Part shown: in pieces, positions 35,801 to 47,386 of the stretch
Position numbering within the stretch: the first letter of the stretch is position 1
How the letters are laid out: every line of letters starts with the position of its first letter
Assembly: GCF_003704095.1 (NCBI RefSeq)
Contig: NW_020846655.1
Coordinates: forward strand, 62,001 to 126,000
DNA length: 64,000 nucleotides
Direction: 5' to 3'
DNA from: Pocillopora damicornis
Lineage: Eukaryota
Position numbers and translations under genes: made by a program
Notes under the pieces: generated by a model
Seen by the model: the letters and a program-made list of their open reading frames with translations, nothing else
Database searches by the model: none
What the model was told of the DNA's origin: nothing

Positions 35801-36207
35801 GTAGAGGTTCCGCCATTGAGAGGTGTCGCTAAAACTCAGATCTGCGGAAAGATTTAAGAAAATTGCGGAGTTCTTGATTAAAATATAGAATAGAGCTTGC
35901 ATATTCCTTGAAAGGTCAGTAAATTAACCTTTGACTGGGGTAAAAGCGCCTTATTTGACAGTATAAATAGTCATATTTTCACCAAAATGATCAATTTTGG
36001 TACCTCGTGGAGCTCTTTCCGGTGGCTCCACCCACCCAAGCTGTATGAGCCCGCACATTCTTGTACCTCCGGTTCTCCATATGCTAATGAGAGTGCCATC
36101 GCATCCTGACATGTAGTACGTTCGAGTATACGCGAGGTAGTCTGGCTTCATTTCTAGATCTGTAGATTACGGACATTTCTTGAAGTCTCGTTGTATTGAT
36201 TGTTAAA

Positions 36208-39200
36208 ATGACCTGGGGTTTAGAGCTTTGGGTAAGTGATCAAGGGCTTGAGTGCTCGCTTGTCTTGTCGCAGCTTGTGTTCTGGTATTGTCCGACATCA
36301 GTGATTCAACTGCGCGATATTCAACATTCTCCTGCGATGAAACTAACACTTGCACATTTTCTCTATGGTTTCTAGGATCAGTTTGATCTCATTGCCAACC
36401 ATACGTCTTCTGGAATCGATTTCGTGGAAAAGGTAGCGAAGTTCGTGAAGGAAAGGTGTGAAATCGAATCGCGGTATGCGAGGGACTTACGGTAAGAGAG
36501 AAAGGAATTTCATTTTACGAAATCGAAATTCTTTATATGTCGTAACAGAATGACTGGTATATTGTCCTTGTACCATCAAATTATTACTTGACTCCGTTGG
36601 AGCTTAAGTGTAAAATATGTGTAAACAATTTGGCATTTTTGGTGAGTTTCATGTGGATCTCTTCTATGTTGCTCTGAGCATGTTTCCTAACAGACAGCTG
36701 ATTGGTGTCATCCTTTATAATAATCATATACGCTCAAATTTTTCTTCCGCGCTTGCATGACTGTTCTTACTGCGTGTCGCTGTCCTTGAGAAATACTATC
36801 CGTGTTTCTACTTTCGCTGATTAGAACATACTTTTAATTCAGGATCAAGGAGACCATCTGTTAAATTGCAGGGATCGAAACAGAAAACCATATTTATGAC
36901 GTTTATTGATTATTTGCCGTAGTTTAGAACGACAAACTAATGATTTTCAGTCATCGAATTTCACTTTTCGACCTCAAATTTTAACAGGGACAGTTGTCAG
37001 ATATTTAAAACATTGACAACCACATCAACTTTTAATTCAAAATCCACATTATCAAAAAGGATTCGCTCGATTTTTGTTTTTGAAGAAAGAGCTGTTTATT
37101 TTTTCAGTGGAGTCACTTGACATCACGTAATATTGACACTCAGTTTCAGAGGCCCATTGTGTTATCCGTATTTCATTTCCTCATGAAGAATTCAGCATTA
37201 ATTACTCAAATCAAAAGAAGTATTTCAAAATATTCCATCGTGACACAATGCAAACCCAAACATAATTTCACAGTAGGTTGCATTGAAATACTTAATCATT
37301 TCAGTTACTAGACCTGAAAATTAGCAATCTTCAGGGATTCTCCTGTCTCCATTTCTCTGCTATTAAAAATTCAAAATCATACACAATCATTATTTCTTTC
37401 ATGTATAGAGTTACAAAAGTTCTTATCACATGATACAAGTTTAGTCCCAATCTTCTTCATGCAATGAGGAACTTTCATTTCTTTGTCCGGGTTGACAGTT
37501 GTCTGAGTCCTCATCAACTTTCTTCTCTGACAGTAAATTGAAATTTTCAAAGTAAAGATATATTCTTATATAAAAAAAATTTATATGTACTCTGTAGTTC
37601 TTAAGAAATGGTTAAGAACTGGTTAGAAAGACCTACAAAATTATTAAGAGAATTTTGAATCCCTTGTAGGATTAGCAATAAATTATGACTTTCATGTCCA
37701 ATTCTTTTAACTTGGTGTAATACATGTATGTATAAACAATTAGTTTCCTTTCTCAAGCAGTGGGAGGAACGTTTATTAGATAATCATTGTTCTTAATGTT
37801 TAGACTCACATTTTAAACTACTTTGTGTAACTTCACAGACAACTGGTAAAGAAATTCAACCCAAAGAAGAAGGAAGATGAACATATGTGAGTTGACTCTT
37901 CATTTTTTCCTCTTTCAATCCCTTAAAGTGACTAGCATCTATTTCCTTGTTATAATATCACCCCTGGATCAAACATTAAGTTCATGAGAATAAAGGAAAA
38001 GATCACCTGTTAAAAAAGCTCTAGGTTGTTAAACAAATTCTCCTTGTCAGTACCACAGGAATCTTTTAGAGAACAGTATGGAGAATATGCATAATGATGT
38101 TGGGGTGTAGAGAGTTAACTATGGATTGTCATAATACCACAATACAATTGATAATTTTTGTGCATCCAAAATTCTGTATCTATCATTTGTCACAAGCTTG
38201 CTACATATATTGTTATAGTTTATGAAAGCCGTAGATCATTTGTACCATAGTTTGCACCAGATCTCATCATGTTATCTTATACTTGACAGTATAAATCATA
38301 GATTCATACTATGATATTTATCAGAAGGAATTAAAAATAAAATCATGTTCACCCATTGACTAACAAGATCTGATAGTTAATTCTCTCCTCTAAATGCACT
38401 ATATTTCCTTGTAAATTTGTTACAAGAATTTGGTTTAGATCAGGCTAACAGCCTTTACCTTAGTGTAAACAGTTTGATGATTCTCATCACCTGTTTGCTG
38501 GATGATGCTTAGATATTATGGAGAGAAAATATGTGTTTATCACTTTTGAGAGTTGACAAGTTAAAAGAGATCAGTACCTGTGGTCCATTGACTGATTCAC
38601 CATTGTCCTTTATCCAGACATTTTTGTATTATAGGCATAACTTTGGCCTCTACATTTGCATACTCCACTACTTAAATGTTGAAGAAGACAGCCATTAGAC
38701 TTCTACTAATGTCTTATGAGAAAAGGTTTCTATAAATTGAACAACTGAAATAGTTAAAAGAAGAATTGTTGTGGGATCATGGCTTGTGGTGAACATTTAT
38801 GCTCTGACAGCCTGACTTATCACTCAGTCAGTGAACTTTTGAATCTGCAAGTTTTTTACCATTTGACATTATACAATTTGACCATTTTACACTGTAATGG
38901 ATTTGAAATGACATGTTAATCTCACATGAAGCTGTCTGTTTTATACAGGTTTTTAATGAGAACGATGCTGTATTTTGGATTATCATCCAAATAACAGTGG
39001 TGTCCTTGTACCTCAAAATGTGACTTAAGACAAAGATGTGTTTGAGATGTGGGCTGATTTCCACCAAACCCCTTTACTCCCAAGTGATCATTTGCTTTCT
39101 ACCCATTAAGTTTTACACTGTTTTGCAATTTTTATTTTGGATCAATTAATAATCCCCTTATTGACTTACAAAGGATATAGCATGGCCATGAAGAGATACA

Positions 39201-42200
39201 AAATTTCTCTGTGAGTGTTAAAAAATGTACTGAAATATTTTCAACACGAGAAGCTAAATTTCATATCTCCAAGTGGCCATTTGATATTCTATTTATTTAT
39301 TTATTATATGAGCACCAATGAAATACCAATCATTTCACTTAAAAATGTTTTTAAAAGTACTTCATGTGTGAAGATATCATGTTTTCATGTGAACACTCAC
39401 TTGGTATTTATGTTGTAATTTCCCTTATTCTTGTCACTTGTCTGCTTGATATTGTATTGATATCAACGGATATCAACCCTTTAACCCTTTAATTCCCAAG
39501 AGTAATCAAGACAGAATTTCTCCTTACAGTATCAATACAATGTCAAGCAGATGGGTAATGAGAATAAAGAAAAATATCAATTAATGGATTATTACTTGAT
39601 CCAATAACAAATTCTCTAAACTACCATCACAAGAACTATATGGCAGACAGTAAGGAGAATTGCTAATGAGATCTTGGGAGTTTAAGGGTGAACTCAGGGG
39701 GTTGTAGGATTGATATCAGGTGTTGTGTTTGCTTCATACAGGTTTAACTTCATGATTATCAGCAAAAATAAGTAATTTAATATTTCATTTTACAGATTTA
39801 CTTTTCAAAAGGCTTTCATTGGTGTCGTGAAAGAGACAGATGATGTGGCAGGACAGCATGAGCTGATATCAGAGAGTTTAACTGAAAAGATTTGGAAGGA
39901 ATTACATTTATTGCATAATGAACTTAAGACAGAGAGAAGAAAGGTGAAACTTTTTACGCTGTAGATGTTGATTCCTTTTTTTTATAAGTTTTTGGAGGTT
40001 CTTGGGAGTAAAAATTGCAATTTGTAACAAAACATGATAGGTTGTATCAATAGGCCAGCAGCAATTACAAGAACAAATTTGGAATTGCTTGTTTATTTTT
40101 TACTTTTTTTTTTGGTGTTTTGTTTTCCATTTTTTTTTTCAGCAAGTAGGAGTCTCTTCCTCAGAGACTAAGATGATACTTATTTTTACTCCTCAAATGC
40201 TCATGGAATTGACAGAATTAATGCTATTCACATCAGTCTTCAAAAGGTTCCACTTCCAGCTGCCTATACTAGAAACAGAGCATTGCATACATGTAACTGA
40301 TTCATTTTCAAGAAAATACGTTTTAAAACTTAAGTCTTTGTTTTGATTCTGTCAGTGTCATTGCTCATTTTGGAGTTAGTGATAGGTAAAAAACTTTTCA
40401 AAAAGATTGTGGAATGTGTTGTTAAAGAAAAATGCATTTGCAAATAGGTCTAGAAATGTACTGTTGGAAGCTCATTGACTTGACTTATTAAAATCTATTT
40501 TTATGATTATTGTAATTTCCAGCATCTGTCTGATGGTAAAAAAGTTCAAGAACAACTAGAACAGTCAATAAAAGCTATGGAAGTTGTAAGTATTAGTGGC
40601 ATCAGCCCTTTCATTCACAAGATATCATTTATTTAGTGATTCTCCATAGTGCATGCGATACAATTCTTAGTATGTTACTTTGAAGAATTTGGTATTGGAT
40701 CAACTAATAATCCCCTAATTGATATTTTTTATATTCTCGTCACTTATCTGCTTGCTATTGTATGGGTATTCGAAGGAGAAATTCTGTCTTGGTCATTCAT
40801 AGGAGTTAGAGGGATAGTTATTATAAGTTTAGGGTGTTGTTTAAATTAATAGCTTAAGCCACTTGTTATAAATAACAATTTCTGCCCCTTGCAGAGTAAA
40901 AGAGCTTATATGAAGGCAAGTGAAGAAGCTGAGCAAGCCCTTCAAGCATTCCAGAAAGCTGATCAAGACATGGCTAACTCTAGATTGCAGATTGAAAAGG
41001 TGAAATAAAGTTGTACAGTTTTAACCATTATCACTCCATAGAACAGGTCCTAATTTATCAATTGAGCTATTATTGTGGAAAAAATGCTATCTACTCAAAG
41101 TCTGGACAAAAATCCAGGGAGCTGTTTTTCTAAGAAACAGTTCGCAACTTGAACACTTCTACTCATGGAATATTTTGACCATAACTCATTTTTTCCTTTG
41201 GGAGTAACCACTCTTCATTTAAAGTATCAGCTGTGTGAATATTCAGTTTCACATCATGTGGGCTGATGTTTAAAACTGGCTAACAGAAATTATGATTTTG
41301 ACTTCTATACCATGAAGTGTAGCATATGGATGTTAACAATTTCCCTTGAGAAGGAGAGCATCATTTATAAAATTAAGTATAGTTTAAGGAAGGAAAGCAA
41401 ATAATTATACTCCCTTACATCAGCATATATATTTTCCAAACAAATTATAATAAACTGATTGTGATGTTTTTGCTATTTTAGCACAAAAATATATCGGTTG
41501 AGAAGGGCCAGGCATGTGAGAGGGCAAAGGATGAATACAGAAACCAACTTCAACAGACAAATAGCAAGCAAGCCTTACACTACAGCAATGAAATGCCAGC
41601 GGTGTTCGATGTACGTATGTCAGAAACTAAATTTTCTATGGCACAATGATACTTAATATTAAATGTTAGATTCAACTTAAGTATGGCAATAGATAGATAC
41701 AATAATAGTTATCAAAAAGTTTAGGAATATAGAAGTTTTTAATTGCTTCTGATTATTGCAATTTAATTCATTGACATATTTTTGCATGAACTGAATTTTG
41801 TCCTGTGCAAGTCCCTTAAAAATCCTCTACCACGTTGCATTGCTAAACCAGAATCCCTCAAGCACGGAGCTTGCTGTAACTCAAATTGGGGCAGTCTTCT
41901 AGTGACCAAGTGCTTTTTTGTGTGAAGAGGATGTTGGTCTCTCACCTCAGAGCACAACACAATAACACAAACAAGAGTTCAAATCTAAACTGGCAGGTTG
42001 AAGTCTGAATCAGGCCCTTGCCGCTTGCTACTCACACACATTTTGTAATCAACTGGTGTTTTGGAATACTCTTACTTCAGCTGTCTTCCCTTGTGAGGAG
42101 TAACAAAAGATCTTTGTCAATCCTTTAACTAGCATCTAATTTCTCCTTAAAATATAACCCCTGAATTAAAATTAAGGTTTGGAGAATTAAAAGAAATGAT

Positions 42201-45200
42201 GACAAACTTAAGGAGATTTTTGTTGTTAAACAAATTCTCCTTGTTAGCACCTTAGGAAATGTATAGAGAACAGTATGGAGAATATGCATACTGATGTTAG
42301 AGTGTAGAATGTTAAGAGGTCACAACAGGAAAGTAAGTTGCTCCAGAAACTGAAAAGGGAATCCCATTAGTGTGATTTTCGTATCACTTTGGAAAGGAGT
42401 CAGTAACAAAATTAATTAGTTCTTAGAGCTGAATAGCCCTAAATACCTTTGTTAAATCTTCAGGAACTACAGAAAATGGATGAGCGAAGAATAAAGAGAA
42501 CTGGTGAATTATTAGAGGAGTATGCAAATATAGAGGCCAAAGTTATGCCTATAATACAAAAATGTCTGGATAACATGAAGGACAATGGAAAATCAGTCAA
42601 TGGACAACAGGTATTGATCTCTTTTTAACTCTTCAACTCCCGGAAGTGATTAACATGTATTTTCTCCCCATAATATTCATGTATTATCCAGCAAACAGGT
42701 GATGAGAATACTCAAATTTGTCAGGTAGAAGTTGTTGTCTTGATCTAACATCAAGTTCTCATAACTAATTTACAAGGCAATGTGTAGCAGCTAGAGGGGA
42801 GAATTATCACTCAGATCTCAAGATTTAAGAGATGTCCAACATGATCCAAACAGTCTTTTGCTAATTTACATTGTGCAATTCAGTGTGAAGAACATAGCTA
42901 CACAGTAATATGATAATTTGATAATTTTCAATAATATGAAAAAGATGACCCTGGCTAATACCTGTACATGGCTCAAACACAAAAACTATTGTTCCTTGAA
43001 GGAAGATTACCCCAGCAAGAAAGTGAGATAACCTCACCCCTAGTACATCTCCTTACCTTTAGATAAACAGAACCAGGAAAAACAACAGAAAGCAGGGTTA
43101 CCTAGCTATAGGTGTTTCCCCCATATCCATGTAGATAAAGCCTAGTGAAAGATATTTTTTGCAACATCAGGACAGCAAACTCCTGTGTGATCAACATAAA
43201 ACTGAGTACAAGCCACCTCAAGATATCCAGTTTGAGGAATATGGCAGCAAACACACTCTCCCCAGACAGCCTGCTAGTGAAACCAAGGGCAAAAAAGGGA
43301 AGAGTATCTTTACTGGAAATAAAAAAAAGAAAAAGGTATGAAGCAAGCCATTGACCAGTATTGAAAATGAAATTGAATGGTCAAATGCAGTAAACTTCAA
43401 AATTAACAATTTAGTTGCTTTCACTTTGTGGGTTTATTTGCAAATTTTGAAATTCATAATAGGTTTGAAGGTATGGTATTCATTCAATTAAGCACCCAGG
43501 GATAATTACTTGTCAAATTTTTAGACCTTGAGAGAGGGTGCCTACTTGAGATGCATGCTTATTCAAGGCTGGGCACTTATCACATTTTCATCATTTTCAG
43601 CAGGTAGTACATTTACTTTGAAACACAAGAAAAGTTGTAAATTATCCTAAACCCTAGCTTTAATTGTGTGTGAAGCTTGTTGAAGATTGTCATTGGGGGC
43701 AAAGGATTTGTATTTATAGATCTTTCCTTTATTAATGACAGTCCTTCAAAATTTTGACTTAAGAATCACTGATATTTGGAACCAACAGAGAACATATGTA
43801 GTTGACATAATAAATGCAATATCTGCAGGAGATATTGTATTTATTATGTCGAGTTCAGAGTCAGCCTTGTTTCCAAGACCCTTGTCCATGTAGTTTTCAC
43901 AAACTTATATAAACTCAGAGAGGAATTCAAAATGGCTGAATGCTTTTAAAAAGTGTATAATGAAACAATTATAAGAGAATTGAATTATTAAAAATCAGCT
44001 TATATGTAAATGAATGAATGAATCAAATGTCATGTTTGTATTATTTGCCTCAGCCTTCACATTTCAGCAGATAACTCAGATGTTGGTTTTGATAATTCAT
44101 AAAATCTTGCTCAACCTCATCCAATGATTGGTTATTACCTTATCTTCTTTCTTTTTCTTCAGAATGTTGATAACGGATTAGATGGTAATGATCAAACATT
44201 GACACCAGGACAGAAGATTCGCACTTCTAAAAAGAAGGTGCAGCAGTTAGAGGCACAAGTGGCACAGCTCAAGAACTCCAGGTACCTAGCCCTGTTGTCA
44301 CTCTGTATTTTTTTTTCTAAATATTGTGATTTATATACTTTTGTGTTGGACTGGAGAGAGGGGGGGTTCAGAAAAGTTACCTGAAGTTTGTCATTGTTGT
44401 GTCAAGTTGTTACACTCAGAAATGTATTAAGAAAGTTATAGGAGGATGGACCATGAGACAGATAGACATAGATAGTCAGACTGACTGACTGACTGACTCA
44501 CTGAGTGTCTGAATGTCTGCTTGAGGGACTGTTTCACCCTTAAACTCCCATGAGTGACCAAGACAGAATTTTTGCTTACAATATCAATGCAATATCAAGC
44601 AGTCAAGAGATAAGAATACACAAAAATATTAATCAGGGGATTATAAGGTGATTCAATAACCATTTTTTTCTATATAAAAAATACAAATCGTATGGCAGAC
44701 AGTAACAAGAACTGCTCATGAGATTTAAGGAGTTGAAAGGTGACTGACTGAACTTCTAACAGAGATACAGAGAGGGATAATGAGAAATGGATAGAGAGAG
44801 AGAACATCGACAGACGAGCACAAATACAAGCAGATTGCTATCCTTTTCAGAAAATAGCTAGACAAAAACTTGCGATGAAAGGACGAGGAGAATCAAAATT
44901 TTTTTAATTCCCTTAACCCTTCAACCCCTAAAAGTGACTAACATCTAATTTCTCCCTACAATATCACTCCCACAAATCACACATTAAGGTATTGAGACTA
45001 AAGGAAATGATCACCAACTTAAAAGGTTCTTGACTGTTAAACAAAGTCTCCTTGTCAGCACCTCGAGAAATGTATAGAGAACAGTGTGGAGGATATGCAT
45101 ACTGATGTTCGAGTGTAAAGGGTTAAGGTGTGCTGGAAGTCCTCTACAAGTTGTCGGCCACATTTTATTGGTTTTCCGTCACAGTTCAGCGGTACTCATC

Positions 45201-46615
45201 TCTACTCCAAGTTCAAAAGAACACTGGCTGGGGTTTAGTCTTGTTCCTTTGTTTCTTTTTTTCAGGGAGGGTATGGAAAAAATGATTGATGTGTACAGGC
45301 AGAATCCTTCACTTGGTGACCCAGCCACTATTGAACAAAACCTCAGTGATAATGCTAAGGAGCTGGATGCTCTTAATGTTGACCTCCACAGATATCAGGT
45401 TAGAGACTATTGCTTTGCTATGTTATCTACTAGACATGAGTTCTGCAGCAGACACTTTGAACCAGACCCCCCTCCACAAATATCAGTTTAGAGACTACTG
45501 CTCTGTGATGATATCTGCTAGACATGAGTTCTGCTGCAGAGACTTCTAAACCAAAGCCCTCATAAATTTGAGCAACTTAATGAACTGAATCCCAACCACT
45601 GTAGAGAATTAATTTTAAGTGCAAAAGTTCCCCTGAATTCCCTTATACTGTCAACGATATAGTGTGATTCCTTAGAGGGGTGGAGATTACCGTAAATACC
45701 TTAAAGACGGTTTAAAGAGTTTTGAATGGTTGATCAGTTTTCATACTAAATATCTGGAAATATCCAAAATACTTTGGTTGTTATGCAAAAATACTTCTGG
45801 ATCAATGTGAGTATCTTAGTAACTGCGTACCTACCCCTCCCCTAATCCAATATTAACCCCATTAACGACATTGATCCAAAATTTTGATGAAACCTCTTAA
45901 TGCTAATTTCTAGTGCTACCTGGCTGCTTTGGAGAACAGAGATGCCCCACCGCCTCCTGAGGTCTACTCGAAAACTGGCAGCTCCCAATCACCACCGGCA
46001 CCAAGCAGCAGTGTACCAGACGGGGCCCCATCCAATGTCCCTCCCCCTCCTGAACCTGCACCTGCACCTGCACCTCCCCCCGCTATGTTAGTACCACCGG
46101 TTGAAGAAGATGATGAGTTTGAGGAAGACGAGCCTCACTGTCGAGTTATTTACGATTTCCAAGGTAACACAAGCCTTTTCTCTTTCCTTTAGGTATTACT
46201 TGGCGTCTTTACTGTCTGATTGTTGATCAAACTCCCATTTGACTGTGTACCTACCACTCAAAACATGGTTACTGCTGTGCATGCGCAAAGGCTTCAATAA
46301 AAGCCAGTTGCTACCTATTTCACAATCGGCAGCCGCTTATGATAAAAGTTGTTAAAACCCTTGGGATGCTCTGTGAACAACGCGTTTCGAAAACTCAACA
46401 TTTGCATCTTAACTTAAGCCATCCCAATTCTTTTTTGCATCTTAACTTAAGCCATCCCAATTCTTTTTTCAGCAACAAATGATGGTGAACTCACCGTTGT
46501 TGAAGGAGATGAGCTGGTTGTTTTGGAACAAGACACAGATAACAGTGGTTGGACGAAAGTGTTAAAAGACGATGAGGAAGGATATGTTCCGTCCACTTAT
46601 ATTGAATATGTGTAG
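36208..46615 (+). CDS. FNBP1L: F-BAR + HR1 + SH3 protein (FNBP1/FNBP1L-TOCA1/CIP4 family), 529 aa
   Basis: 13 frame-consistent exons: 36208-36231, 36376-36491, 37839-37886, 39796-39943, 40523-40585, 40895-40999, 41482-41610, 42464-42610, 43171-43335, 44163-44281, 45266-45398, 45914-46163, 46473-46615. N-terminus [48 protein letters not shown]1 [21 protein letters not shown]3 [30 protein letters not shown]. The symbol denotes the family. Confidence 0.93.
37905..38117. mobile_element. ~200-bp TTAA-type (piggyBac-like) MITE, same family as 42115-42315 and 44913-45126
   Basis: Shared core ttaaacaaattctccttgtcag...agaacagtatggagaatatgcata.tgatgtt; ends gagttaa. Confidence 0.75.
38348..38564. mobile_element. 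TTAA-type MITE, inverse-orientation relative of 42625-42830 (partial copy also near 8225-8325)
   Basis: Shared agatctga..gttaattctc.cctcta...tttccttgtaaatt.gtta..agaatttgg..tagatca core with the reverse complement of 42625-42830. Confidence 0.7.
39066..39692. mobile_element. MITE cluster: a MITE (39066-39465) interrupted by a ~250-bp repeat (~39166-39420), followed by an intact MITE (39481-39692)
   Basis: The halves ..ttggatcaattaataatcccc | ttattcttgtcacttgtctgcttgatattgt.. are nearly contiguous in the related copy at 40602-40816. 39481 begins ttaaccctttaattcccaagagt..caagacagaatttctccttac and ends gggagtttaagggtgaa. Confidence 0.7.
40602..40816. mobile_element. TTAA-type MITE
   Basis: Degenerate ccctt...aggg termini; internal gaatttggtattggatcaactaataatcccc shared with the 39066 copy. 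Confidence 0.65.
42115..42315. mobile_element. TTAA-type MITE
   Basis: Homologous to 37905-38117 and 44913-45126. Confidence 0.7.
42625..42830. mobile_element. TTAA-type MITE
   Basis: Begins ttaactcttcaactcccggaagtgattaac; reverse-complement homologue of 38348-38564. Confidence 0.7.
44533..44743. mobile_element. TTAA-type MITE (family of 39481 and 47176)
   Basis: cccttaaactcccatgagtgaccaagacagaattt...tatggcagacagtaa...ggagttgaaagg. Confidence 0.75.
44913..45126. mobile_element. Intact piggyBac-like MITE
   Basis: TTAA-CCCTT ... AAGGG-TTAA termini with the TTAA target duplication on both sides. Confidence 0.85.
45383..45560 (+). repeat. 88-bp tandem duplication spanning the end of F-BAR gene exon 11 and its donor
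   Basis: cctccacagatatcag|gttagagactat... at 45383 and cctccacaaatatcagtttagagactac... at 45471. Confidence 0.85.
45799..45877. mobile_element. Internally deleted relative of the 2508-2644 hairpin MITE
   Basis: ggatcaatgtgagtatct..aactgc..acctacccctcccctaa...acattgatcc retains both termini. Confidence 0.65.
46401..46469 (+). repeat. 33-bp perfect tandem duplication of the branch point/polypyrimidine tract before the last F-BAR gene exon
   Basis: tttgcatcttaacttaagccatcccaattcttt x2, followed by tttcag|caacaaat. Confidence 0.9.
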
Positions 46616-47175
46616 GAGAAACAATGTTCACAAATTAGTGAGTGTAACACAACTAAAATAATATTGAATGGTTAAAATTTTGGGAAAGTCCGTTGTCAAT
46701 AAGAAAATGCGTCGTCATTTTCACCGCTTTCGGTTTGTAAACAGTGAGAAAGACAGCATTGTGGGTGAGGGGTTTGGTCCTCCAGCCCACCTCACCTCCT
46801 CCTCACCCCCCTCCCACCACCACCTCCTCTAATTTGTCCTATTGTCTCTTGTATTGATTATTCAGCTACTGAATTTGGTTGGTTGTCTGCTCGCAAGGTT
46901 TGGCCGAAACTTTTCCCGCGAAAGAAACAACCCATCAGATAGACTATATCGCACGGTGCTTAACTGGACAGTAGTGTATACCGTCATTTTACTTGAATTT
47001 GTCCTTAGACAGATGGTAACATTATTGACTGGATGGAAATCTTATGAAAATATATAGTGAAGGTTAACCATATCATTAAAAGTTTGATGTTGGACTTACT
47101 GATGCGAATTTCTCGCGAAGGATATGAAAAAAAATCAATGCGTATCTGTTAGCAGAATAGAGGAGTGAAGGGGGC

Positions 47176-47386
47176 CTAACTCTTAAACTCCCGTGAGTGA
47201 CCAAGACAGAATTTCTCCTTACTACATCTATACAATATCACGCAGACAAGTGATCAGAATAAAGAAAAATATCAATTATGGAATTACTAATTGATCCGAT
47301 ACCAAATTCTCCAAACTAATATAATAAGAATCGTTTGGCAGACAGTAAGGAGAACTACCAATGAGGTCTTGGGAGTTTAGGGTTAA
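47176..47386. mobile_element. TTAA-type MITE in or after the F-BAR gene 3' UTR
   Basis: aactcccgtgagtgaccaagacagaatttctccttac...gggagtttagggttaa; homologous to 39481 and 44533. Confidence 0.8.
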
